DNA of 64,000 nt, taken from Octopus bimaculoides (lineage: Eukaryota). A program made the translations under genes and the position numbers. Where the stretch lies: assembly GCF_001194135.2 (NCBI RefSeq), contig NC_068994.1, forward strand, positions 53,606,546 through 53,670,545. Reading direction: 5' to 3'. Positions 36,401-45,978 of this stretch are shown piece after piece (position 1 is the stretch's first letter; each line of letters opens with the position of its first letter). Under the pieces are notes generated by a model. It was not told the DNA's origin and did not search any database. It saw only the letters and a program-made list of their open reading frames with translations.

Positions 36401-37816
36401 AAACCCGGCGATCTGCCTCTCGTGGATTCATATAAAAAAGATTGGAGGTGGTACAGGATAATACAATACATATAGAGCGGAACTGAATCATGCAAGAAAG
36501 GGAATAACAATAAAAATTATAACAAGTAAATCCCCAAAGGAGAGAGACTTCCAAGGGCTGCTTGTAGAAACCCCACAAAAACCATGATCACCCTGACCTC
36601 TAGAGCAAGTGCCTTCACCACTTCATCTACTTTCTCTAGAGGCACAATGCTCAGAGCAGGCTCATTCACTTGGCCATTTGTACTACATGTGGGATGGGTC
36701 TGGTTATCAGCTGAGTCCATCACAAAGATCTCCTTGCCACCTTCCTTTGGCCAGGAAGGGCAGGCAGTATTTTTGTCTGATGGCCTTAGTGAAATTGGTT
36801 GTATGGTGGACTAGGTTGAAAGGGCTAAAGATAGACACTTTCCTCCTTGGCCAAGCCCACTTTTTCAAGTTTCCCTTGGAAAGGGAAGTGCTACCACCCA
36901 ACAATTTTGTGCTTGTGATAGTGGTGGTGGAGGCAATGGGAATGATGTTGACAGTGCTGGGGCAGGTATTTGAGAATTTGTTTTGATGGTGTCTCCAGCT
37001 GTTCTCTTTTCTTGATGACCAATTGTTCCTTTCAGTGGACAGACAATTCTCATTCACCATCTTTTTTTTTAGCAAATATCAGAATAGTCCCCAAGGGCTA
37101 CAGATGGAAAAGAACTAACCAGCTCTCCAAGGTCCTGGTTAGTTTACTTAAGTAACGAAAACAAATGTACAATGCATAACAATGTGTAACAATATGAATA
37201 ACAACAAAACTTACAGAGTGATGTGCAACACATGTCGGTGAACGTATAATACTAATACTACTACTACTAATAATAATGATAACAATAATTATAATGATTT
37301 CTAATCCAGGCACAAGGACAGCAATTTTGACGAGGAGTTAGTCAGTACCTTTGATCTCAGTATTCTTGATATATTATTTTATCAGCCCTGAAGGTATGAA
37401 AAGCAAAAATGACCTTGATGGAATTTGATCTCAGAATGTAAAGAATATAAACAATGTTGTTTTTTAGTCTCAGGTCAGTGGTGATCTAGCAAACCTTCGA
37501 TGAAAGGTATTTGAAGATCTGACTACAAATTTTACCAAGTTGAACAATCACTAAATGCTGTCTTTTTGGCTTGCATGGTTCCTGTATATGTTGGTTTATA
37601 TTATGATTAACTACTTATTCAAATTTCAGAACTTTATTAAATCATCTTTTTTTTATTATTTTTTTTTTTGTAGACCATTAGTTTATACTAATTCTGGTTT
37701 TTATTTGTTGCTAGTCAATGTTAGTTTTAGTTGATATGGTTTTCCTCTTCATTTGTCAGACAATAATAGAATGCATGAAGAAGTATATGAAAAAGAAAGG
37801 AATAAAGCATGTATAA
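18413..37816 (+). CDS. FANK1: FANK1-like protein, copy 2 (~344 aa if the putative first exon is right)
   Basis: Putative exon 1 CDS 18413-18422, then 21172-21355, 23006-23133, 25306-25387, 27114-27188, 28634-28699, 29752-29966, 31290-31462, 33668-33712, 37760-37816. All are in frame with GT-AG, and exon sizes match copies 1 and 3. Confidence 0.88.
18529..18619. mobile_element. 91-bp MITE with 25-bp GG-starting TIRs and an exact 8-bp TSD (GTTTATTT); Merlin-like
   Basis: GGCGGAGGTAAAAAATACGTACACC / GGTGTACGTATTTTTTACTTTCGCC; TSD at 18521-18528 and 18620-18627; CTAACCCTAA inside. Confidence 0.8.
19044..19360 (-). mobile_element. RTE-clade RT fragment
   Basis: ORF: GIQWTSGRRLTDLDYAVDIALLAE (degenerate YADD motif). 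Confidence 0.75.
20104..20462 (+). mobile_element. LTR (20104-~20443) followed by a tRNA-Trp primer-binding site (20444-20462), Gypsy-type
   Basis: Starts TGTAGTGG; AATAAA at 20412; TGGTGACCCCCGACGTGAT complements the tRNA-Trp 3' end ATCACGTCGGGGTCACCA with one extra C; runs into an N gap. Confidence 0.75.
20471..20934. other. Assembly gap (N run)
   Basis: Run of N. Confidence 1.
21172..21355 (+). CDS. FANK1: FANK1 copy 2 exon A
   Basis: gatcag|ATAACA ... TATAT|gtatgt; NISVAEPDVTSSNHYSVHLDW...GWKDVY; 184 nt. Confidence 0.88.
21782..21995 (-). mobile_element. tRNA-derived SINE (well preserved copy of the most abundant repeat in the window)
   Basis: Minus strand has A-box GGTGAGCTGGCAGAA, a B-box-like GGTCAAATTCC and body TTTGCCTTTCATCCTTTCAGGGTCGATAAATTAAGTACCAG. 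Related copies at ~3900-4100, 15230-15420, 25855-26080, 43040-43205, 47262-47380, 62950-63125. Confidence 0.8.
23006..23133 (+). CDS. FANK1: FANK1 copy 2 exon B
   Basis: ttgcag|GGGATAT ... TGCA|gtaagt; 128 nt. Confidence 0.9.
25306..25387 (+). CDS. FANK1: FANK1 copy 2 exon C
   Basis: ctatag|AGGAACC ... TCTGG|gtaaag; 82 nt. Confidence 0.88.
27114..27188 (+). CDS. FANK1: FANK1 copy 2 exon D
   Basis: ttacag|AAATATC ... CCTGA|gtaagt; 75 nt. Confidence 0.9.
28634..28699 (+). CDS. FANK1: FANK1 copy 2 exon E
   Basis: tttcag|AATTATG ... ACAGC|gtgagt; 66 nt. Confidence 0.9.
29752..29966 (+). CDS. FANK1: FANK1 copy 2 exon F
   Basis: ccctag|TCTAATG ... TGTG|gtgagt; overlaps ORF 29756-29977. Confidence 0.92.
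30011..30590 (+). mobile_element. Three head-to-tail SINE copies
   Basis: Three consecutive A-box / GTTCAAAT / ATAAAATAAGTACC-type units starting near 30011, 30211 and 30415. Confidence 0.7.
31290..31462 (+). CDS. FANK1: FANK1 copy 2 exon G
   Basis: tctcag|CTTCTC ... AATACA|gttagt; SLHGNKLVAYTLIHCKADIDVRDINGKTCLMIAVVNGH...; 173 nt. Confidence 0.9.
33668..33712 (+). CDS. FANK1: FANK1 copy 2 exon H
   Basis: tttcag|AGTGGC ... AGAAGA|gtgagt; SGRTAYQIAVSLERR. Confidence 0.88.
34125..36440 (-). mobile_element. 5'-truncated Tx1/L1-type LINE (RT to 3' end with (TAA)n tail), frameshifted
   Basis: Minus-strand ORFs: SPGLDGLPY, LLNAELKILARVLAKRL, TIQDNL, VNGHLSEPF...QGCPLSSLLYVLTLEPLL, YADDVT. Confidence 0.88.
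36440..36911 (-). mobile_element. Second Tx1-type 3' fragment with an internal inversion
   Basis: 36490-36685 matches the ORF2 end and 3'UTR on the minus strand; 36685-36911 matches the preceding segment on the plus strand (LVVWWTRLKGLKIDTFLLGQA vs VVWQTCLKGLKTDTFLFGQA). Confidence 0.75.
37760..37816 (+). CDS. FANK1: FANK1 copy 2 last coding exon I
   Basis: ttgtcag|ACAATA; TIIECMKKYMKKKGIKHV*. Confidence 0.8.
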   Translation, partial: TIIECMKKYMKKKGIKHV

Positions 37817-37989
37817 GTAAATCACTAATGTTAACAAGCATAACTTATGGTATTTTGGTATGTGCCTGCTTACATATTTTCCGGTGTGTCTAACAGCTAC
37901 TAACATCTTTTTTTTTTCTTCTGTAAGTTGTATATTATCATCATCCCCATCATTATTTAATGCTTATGTTTCATGCTGGCATGGGTTGG

Positions 37990-38360
37990 AAGCTTTGACG
38001 GGATCTGATTGGTCTGCAGAATTGGTATGGAATGAGAATGAGACCCACAAGGAGGGGTTGAGTGTTGAAGTCACCAAAGGTGACAACTTCAGAGGGGGCA
38101 GAGGTGAGATATATGCCTTTAATGCTGGAGGAAGTATTGTCAAAGAATTGCTGATAGTATGAGGAGTTGGGAGAGTGAAAGAGGGAACAGATATATTTGG
38201 GAGAAAGTGGAAGGGAGACTTTGACCCAGAGTAACTGGAAAATGTTATTACTGAAATCCAGGTGAATAACAAGGAGAGTGGAGTCTACATATATGCTGAC
38301 ACTATGTATTGGGCAAGCATGGATAAGTCTTGGTAACCCTCTACCAGAAGCCTTGTTCAA
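37990..38360 (-). mobile_element. LINE AP-endonuclease remnant (CR1/Jockey-like)
   Basis: ORF 37971-38360: LLWVKVSLP..KYICSLFHSPNS...EVVTFGDFN. Confidence 0.7.
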
Positions 38361-39391
38361 AATTTATGAACACAATAAACTCCAGCAAAGTTACGCATAG
38401 ATCAGGTGGTTAAATATGACCAGTATATGTGTCCTTAAGCAAGACACTTATTTCATGTTGCTCCAGTCTACTCAGTTGTAAATCAGTAACTGACATGAAA
38501 GTTCATTTTTTTGCTGTTATTGTTGTCGGTGTTGTCAATGCTGATAATGTAGTTGATTGTTATGTATTGTAGCAAAAGATTAAATGATTTTTGTTTTTTT
38601 GGTTTTACCCTTGAAGGAAACTTGTTTGTAATGAGTTCATCATTCTACTCCATCATTTTCTGTAACTGTTCATTATTTTTTCTTTCTTTTTTTTAAATCT
38701 CTGTTAATACTTTTTTCACAGGTTTGTATCTGAGAGGGGAAGAGGTATATCTGTTTACACTAGTGTTATTACTGCTACAGCAACTACCTCTTCACCTTTC
38801 CCTATTCCTCCATAAGATGAAGCTATCTGGTATTTCTTGAGAACTTTATTTACAAAATAAGAAAACATAGATGTTAAAATTGTTTTTTTTTTTTTTACCA
38901 ACCCAAAGAAAGCAATGTGAACACTGGAATGCTTCAAAGTGTTCTGATCAGTAAAATACACTGAAAGTAACTATTTCTATTGAGTACCAAGACCAGTTGG
39001 TTATTGAAGTGACTTAACATAACAGCTTGCTGTCACCCTTCAGCTAAAGTATACCATCGTTCCTGAGCCTGAAGTTGCAATTCATAGCATAAAACTTAGA
39101 CTGTTATAAACATTCATGGTAACAAGTTGGGTAATAAAATATCCATAAAGTGGACAAATATATTTTCATAGATGTTGATATTTCAAATAAAATTAAAAAT
39201 AAGTGTCACAATTGAATATCAATTAAAACTTAATTTTACAAAGTAATCGCTGGTTGCCAGCTACCAGGTAATGTATACCATAGTACCTCAACTGGAAGTA
39301 ACATTTCATGACACTAGTCTAAATCTGTTATAAATACACAAGCTGAAAAGTTAGGTAACATATATCTACATAGCTGTATGTGTATGTATGT

Positions 39392-39650
39392 ATTGGGTCA
39401 TCCCATAAATAATGCATTTTTTCAAGTGTATGAACTAAAAGTTGGAGTATCAACTTATGAAAGCAGGTAGTAATTTTACCTTGTCCTTATGTTTTTTAAA
39501 GAGTGCAGTTCGATTTTAAGTTATTTTTTTCAAAGCTATAATGGAAGTGACAAAGGAAAATATTCAGCATATTTTGCTTTATGAGTTTAATAAAGGTAAC
39601 AATGCAATGTGCAAGGAATATTAATGCAGTATATGGGGATCAGATCCCCT
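39392..39650 (+). mobile_element. mariner 5' end (TIR + transposase N-terminus)
   Basis: TA|TTGGGTCATCCCATAAATAATGC; MEVTKENIQHILLYEFNKGNNA...ARNINAVYGD. Confidence 0.7.
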
Positions 39651-39749
39651 GTCCTCTACCATGCAAGACCCAAACATATACATATATACTATTAAGTACA
39701 TAAATGCATTCTCTTAGTAAAACTAAGTTTTAAGGATGTATAATCCTGC

Positions 39750-40740
39750 TGGGGGTGCAGAAGCTAGAGATAGATGAGTGGTTGGTGAGAGCTGTGCAAG
39801 CCATGTATAAGGATGCTGTCAGGAAGGTGAAAGTCAGCAATGTGTATAGCATTGAATTCAATGAACAGGTAGTTCACCAAGGCTTGGTTCTCATCCCCCT
39901 CTTATTCATCATAGTCTGCTTGGCCAAAACAGGAATTTAAGACAGAATGCCCTTGGAAGCTCCTCTATACTAATGACCTTGCTCTTATAGCCGAATCACA
40001 ACCAAAATTAGAGAAGAAATTTCAGGTATGGGAGTAAGATCTGGAATCAAAGAGCCTTAGAGTTAATTTAGCAAAGTTAGTAGAAAAACAGACAAATCAC
40101 AGATCCCTTCAGGGAGATGCTCCTACTCAATATGTAGATAGAAACTCCATAAGGTATACCCAGTGCAAGCTATGGACACAAAAGTTGCAGCCATATCAGA
40201 GGGAGATTAGCAAAAAGTCTTGGTGTGTGACACCTGTGTAAAAACAATAAACACTAAGGATGTACAAAGATTAGACTTTGTCAAATGCCCAGAGATATAT
40301 AGCTTCTGTTAGGTAGGTTACCAAGTCAGCAGTGGAGGAGATTGCTCTGAAAGCATAGCTGCTAGAATAAGAATGTACTAAGCAGAATTCATAGAGCTAC
40401 CCTTCTTGGTAACAAAGGGCCTCTCACTCTAAGTGAAAGGCTAATTGCATGATGCCTGCGTGTGAACAGCCATGCTACATGACAGTGAAACATGGGCTGT
40501 GATTGTAGAGGACATAAAAAAACTTGAAAGAAATGAAGCTATTATGCTCCACTGGATGTGCAATGTCAGTGTGCGCATACGACAGTGTAAGTATCTTAAG
40601 AGGAAAACTGAGCATAAGAGGCATCAAATGTAATGTGCAAGAAATGAGACTGCATTGGTATGGCCATGTGATATACATGAACAAGGGCAGCTGCATAAAA
40701 GAAGTGCTGATTTCTAACTGAGGGAACCTGTAGAAGAGGT
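39750..40740 (+). mobile_element. Decayed RTE LINE RT / C-terminal region
   Basis: KLEIDEWLVRAVQAMY, VHQGLVLIPLLFIIV, LLYTNDLALIAES, LRGKLSIRGIKCNVQEMRLHWYGHV. Confidence 0.85.
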
Positions 40741-40744
40741 AGAT

Positions 40745-41055
40745 GTAGGATGTAGATTTCAATGGTGATTACGATTGTACAACAGCTCGGAAATCTCACT
40801 TTGATAATTCTGATAAGAAAAGAACTGAATTTGTTGGTGAGATCCAGGCCATGATTGACAACAATCCCTCCAAGTCAGTCAGGTCCATCGCCAGGTACAC
40901 TGAAGTGTCTGAGTTTCTTATCAAGCAGGTGGTGCATGAAGACATTTGGTATTCCTTATACGAAATTAGAAAGGGCCAAAACCATGAAGGACAAGACCAC
41001 ACTACGAAGCTTCTGAACAAGCTCAAGTATACCCTCCAAATGAACATGCTTTGGT
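40745..41055 (+). mobile_element. Tc1/mariner transposase N-terminal (HTH) remnant
   Basis: EFVGEIQAMIDNNPSKSVRSIARYTEVSEFLIKQVVHEDI. Confidence 0.75.
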
Positions 41056-41199
41056 TAGCTGTGCAAGCATGCATTCCCACACACTATCCACTGATTTTCA
41101 GCATAACACCTTTTTGTAAAGTAACGAACATCGGTCCGTAAATAAACATGATAATAAAATCTAAATATTGTGATTGACCAATCCAAATAATCCAGTTTC

Positions 41200-41400
41200 C
41201 AGCAACCAACCCTACAGGTATGCTTGGAAGTGCTAAATTAAAGAACCAGGCTTCAGCATCTAACAGAGAGAATAGATTGTTGCCATCCAGCATCACCAAT
41301 TTTCTCAGTATTACACTGGATAGAATTTTCAAGTTTGGTGTGACAAAGTGTTTATTTGTATTATGGAGCATTTCAAAGATTATACAAAAGTTTTGTCGCT
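41200..41400 (-). mobile_element. Possible Penelope-like GIY-YIG C-terminal remnant
   Basis: H..NKHFVTPNLKILSS...LLDAEAWFFNLALP, weak similarity only. Confidence 0.3.
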
Positions 41401-42049
41401 GCAAAGTAGTTCTTCAAGGGGAAGAAGGCTGGATGTTCACCACTCAAATGCAGTCTGCTTGTGAATGTTTCAAGTGTTGGATTTGAAGCGAATCGCTTTC
41501 TGGATTCTTCTTAGCTAGGATTCGAAACTCAGTCTAGATTCTTCTTTAAGTCCTTTCCTATTATTCTTGGCATTTGCACTAAGAAAATTTATGAGAGTCA
41601 ACGGTCATATTTAGGTAAGCCCTACTATTTCCTGAAGATTCTTAGATTAAATACAGTTAAGACCAGATAACAGACGAAAAATCCCTAGTTTATCCTGACC
41701 TAATTTAAGTAGGAAAATATTACAAATACAAGAACCCAAACTCAATTCTTCCTCCTTAGCCTGACGGAAGAAGCACCTTTTGTATGTTACCGAAGGAATA
41801 TACAACTTTCACCCTCTCTACTCATCAACCGAGAGAGGCAAATTCTCTTGCTCTTTCTCTCTCCTTCTTCCATCTGTCTTCTAGCAGTCACGTAGATGAA
41901 CACAGCTACTTAAGAAATCAACAACAAAACTTCGACTAATCTTTGTATTCAAAGAAATTGCTTCTTATATTGTAAACGGTAAAATAAGGGTCATTCAACT
42001 ATTATATTTCTCATGCCACTCATTCCATGGAAGTCTTCAAACCATAACC

Positions 42050-42504
42050 ATTACTCACTTGGTGACACTTGAGAATCAATCTTTTATCTGTCTATATCTT
42101 GACCAAACACGATATATCAATAAACAACTGTATATAACCACTACAGATTCGTTTGATTAGACAGTATGTGAAAGAATCAGTGGACCAAGGACCCTGTTGG
42201 ACGTCAGTGGATGATGATAGAATAATATCAGTAGTATGGAGCATGTTTGGTGATTCATAAAATTAACAGGTCAATGGGTTGATGGTCAGGACTACACTAA
42301 AGTAGTAAAACTTCCAATGTGACCTCGATCCATGCAACTGAAAGCATTACTCATATCAAACTTCACAGTAAGACGTTGGGAGTTCGTTGATTGGGCTTCG
42401 ATAGCATTCAATGAATTGTCTAGCGCTGATTTTTTCACCCAATCAACAGACAACAAACTTGGAAATATATTTCGCAAAGAATCTTCTGAAGATGTTGTCC
42501 ACAT
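42050..42504 (-). mobile_element. CRE-like non-LTR RT remnant
   Basis: VKFDMSNAFSCMDR (D..NAF...R motif) and downstream IVFGQDID..IDSQV. Confidence 0.45.
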
Positions 42505-43829
42505 TTATAGGACAAATGTCACTGTCCTTCTCTAAGTAGTCAAACTAGATGGAAAGAAGCGCGGAAAGACTACGAGCATGGAGTTGAAACCACCGCAAAT
42601 AATCAGTTGGTGAGACACTATCGCCCTCAACAGACTATGATCAGTCTCTGCCTCATGGAATGACAAAGTGAGCAGGACAAAACCCATCAAAACCTCTACT
42701 AGTCGTTACAGGGTAAGGAGGGGTATTTAGTGGGGAGGGGATGGGTCTGAACTCTGCAGATGAATTAGGATGCTTGAACCTGAGAAGTGGTCTATACTTC
42801 CTCACTGGGATAAATTTCCAAGTTGTCCAATGAAATTACCCTTCTGGCTGCACCTTTAATGAGACTTACGTTTACGGAATCATGTGAAGGTTCTGAATTA
42901 CCAGGTGCCCTCTATGAAATCATTCAACGACCTGCTAGAAATAGAAGCCAAATCACCTTCAAATTATACCTTACCGTTTTAAGAAAGAAAGAACATATAT
43001 AATAATTATTTCAAATTTTTGCCACCGGGGCAGCTTGGGAGAGGTGAGGATGAGTCGATTACATAGACCCGTATTCAACAGGTACTTATTTTATCGAACG
43101 ACAAAGTCGAGCTCGACGTTATTTGAACTCAGAACGTAACGACAGGCGAAATACCGCTCAGCAATTCACTCAGCGTGCTAACGATTGTGCGAGCTCGCCA
43201 CCTTAAGAACATATGTAATAATGTAATTTGATATACACCAAAACAGAAAAAAAAGAAAATGAAAATTGCGAGAAAGTTTTGCTCATACTTCGGCAAAATA
43301 CAACCCAGAATAGGGAAAATATATAAGTTTATAAAAGGATGGAAAATTATCAAGGAGAAAGTAAATAATATAATGGGTTCTCATTTAAGAACAAGGCCAG
43401 CAATTTTGAGGTGACCATCGATTCTTGTACTTGGCTAGTACTTCATTTTATCGACACTCGGCTGGAATTGACCTCGCGGGAAATTGAATCCAGAACAAAA
43501 TAACATATCACAATGTATTCTCCACCCCCACTTACGTTTCTAACTGCCAGCGCGTAGTTGGCTGTAGTGTTAAATAAAATAATGGTTTCTAATTTATGTA
43601 CAGTTCTGAGGGGTGAGATTTAATCGAGATCATCGATCGCAACACTTGCCTGCTGTATTTTATCGACTTAAAAAAAATGGAAGGTGAAGTTGACCTCGGC
43701 AGGAATCGAACGTAGAACATACAGAACCAAAAAGACACCTCAAAGTATATTCTCCGACGCTCTTGCGATCGTCATATTTTAGAGAATGGAAGTGAGCGAT
43801 TTTTCTTTTCCTTTCCCTAGGTCTAAGTA

Positions 43830-43988
43830 AGTATAATAAACAACGTGCATGTTTTGTCTTTTCAAAACAGCGTCTTGTTTGTAGCTTCTTGAATAGATTT
43901 TCATCGTTAACTCTCAACAGTCTACAGGTTCAGTATCATTCGAGCGAGTGTTAATAGACTTATTTCGTGTACACTGCAATTTCAACAA
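43830..43988 (+). promoter_or_regulatory. Putative promoter / non-coding first exon of copy 3
   Basis: Paralogous to 18196-18422; donor AA|gtaggt at 43989. Confidence 0.5.
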
Positions 43989-44719
43989 GTAGGTCAAGTT
44001 CATGTTTTTGTTTTATTTTGTTTCTTACTTATATATATTTAATTTGAAGTTCGCTCTCAAAAGAGAAAAACAAAATTATGGTCTATTGTAATTGTTTCAT
44101 TTTACATTTTTGCATAGCCAAGGCCTCTCCTTCAGAATAAGGGGAAGATTGCATGCGAAGGCAAGTGCTATATTGTAGTGGTTTGGAAATGATGATTCAC
44201 TGAGAATTGTTGCAGCCAATCATTCCAGAAGATGGTTGAAGTTGCACTTCATAAAATGCATCAAAAGATAGATATAAAATCTAAAATATAATTTTGCTCT
44301 TAATATTAAAAAAAAATTTCCTGGAGAACATGCATTTTTTAAAAAACTAGAATAATTCATGCTATTACTTTAAAAAAGTTATTTTTCTAATCAGTAATGT
44401 TTTGCAGTGTTTGAGGATATATAATATTTTTAGCTTTTGTGTCAGGAGCTAAAAAGAACAAATTTCAGAAACAGTGTTATATAACCTGTAACACCCCTTT
44501 AAAAAAATTTCACTTTGAAGACACCAAAGTGCAACCCAAAATGCGGAATATACATATATACATTCACTTCTATGTGTGTTTGTAGGGAAAGAAAGAGAGA
44601 GAAGGGGAAAACCAGAGTTTCCGTGGAACAACCTGCTGAAGTCTCAGACCAAACGTCATCCAGATGATGAGTAACTGAGTGTTAAATAGGTTTATAAAAA
44701 TGAGACAGACCCAGACAGA

Positions 44720-45025
44720 CTGAAAGAAGTAAATAGCGTAGCCAGAAAAGAAGCTATATGTGCAGTATACTTAGTAAAAGAAAGGTAGAAAGAATGGTTT
44801 TATATCATTTGGCATGAAGGTTAGAGACACTAGATGCTCAGAATATTGAGACAGTGTACGAGAGGAAATCAAAATGTTGCTGGGGAAAATTGTATAGGGG
44901 GTGATAACGGTACACTTGCTTTCGATGACACTCAAGAGAAAGAGACATGGAAGTGCTAATCTGAGAAGCTGCTGAATGTGGAGAATGCATTTGAGAAAAG
45001 AAGTTTACCACAACTAGATCAGAAC
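44720..45025 (+). mobile_element. RTE LINE linker-region remnant
   Basis: Degenerate GDNGTLAFDD...EKLLNVENAFEK. Confidence 0.65.
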
Positions 45026-45069
45026 TATTCTTCTTTCAAGTTGACTGCAGTGAGGTAGTGAAACTGTTT

Positions 45070-45170
45070 TACTACGCGTGTGCAACTCGAGGGGCTTCCG
45101 GTGGTGAAGTCCCCTGCGCATGCGCAGAATAGTACTTCCTCATTGGCGGCTATAATTTCGCGCCACTACA
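45070..45170 (-). mobile_element. Inverted fragment of the same LTR family as 20104
   Basis: Reverse complement starts TGTAGTGGCG and aligns with 20104-20200. Confidence 0.6.
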
Positions 45171-45794
45171 AAGGATTTGAAGGTAGGTGGAGCTGTGGGC
45201 CCATTGCAGAAAGTCATGAAGAGTTGCTTCAAATGTCTGGCATAGAAGAATTTGGTTCAGTCAATCAATCAACCAAGTAATACAAAGTTGCCAAGTTATT
45301 GCAAAATTGATTAGGAATTGGATTAGAATAGAAGAGGTGTATGTTCCAAATTCAAATCCAGACAAAGTAGACTTTGAACTTCATCTTTCCCAAGAACAAT
45401 AAATTGATACAAGTGAAGCACTGTATCTATTACAAAATGCTTGCTCTTGTGCATCTGTTTAAAAATCATTATCATTAGTTCAGTTTCTGTAGGAGTTCAC
45501 TCATCCTTCAACCCTCAAGGGCTGATAAGGTAAATTTCAAGGATGAACTCTAGGAAGTGAGATGATTCTATTTTCTTTCCCTTGAAATCTGCAGTTGTCA
45601 TGTATATCTATGATTATAATTATTCATTGTGTCCTTTATATCAAGTAGTGGAATGTGGGTAGAAGTTTTAACTTCTATTTCTAGTAAACTGAATGACTTT
45701 ATTTGGGCTCCTTCAGCTTGACAAATTTGTTTTTTTTTTTTCTGCCAGTGTAAAAAATTCTAGTTAACATTTTATATATTTTTTTTTTTCTTAG

Positions 45795-45978
45795 AAAATA
45801 TGGAAATCTTAGCGGCTGAAGTAACTTCTTCAGACCATTATTCTGTACATCTTAACTGGTCTTCCTCTCTGCTTCAATTCAAATATAAGCTTTTATGTGA
45901 AACAGAGAGAATCTATACTGTGGTACAGAAAATCGAGGGTAGTATTGCAGAGGAGGACAAGTGGCAGATTGCATATAT
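45795..45978 (+). CDS. FANK1: FANK1 copy 3 exon A (contains ATG 45800)
   Basis: tcttag|AAAATATGG ... TATAT|gtgagt; ORF 45800-45982; 184 nt. Confidence 0.9.
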
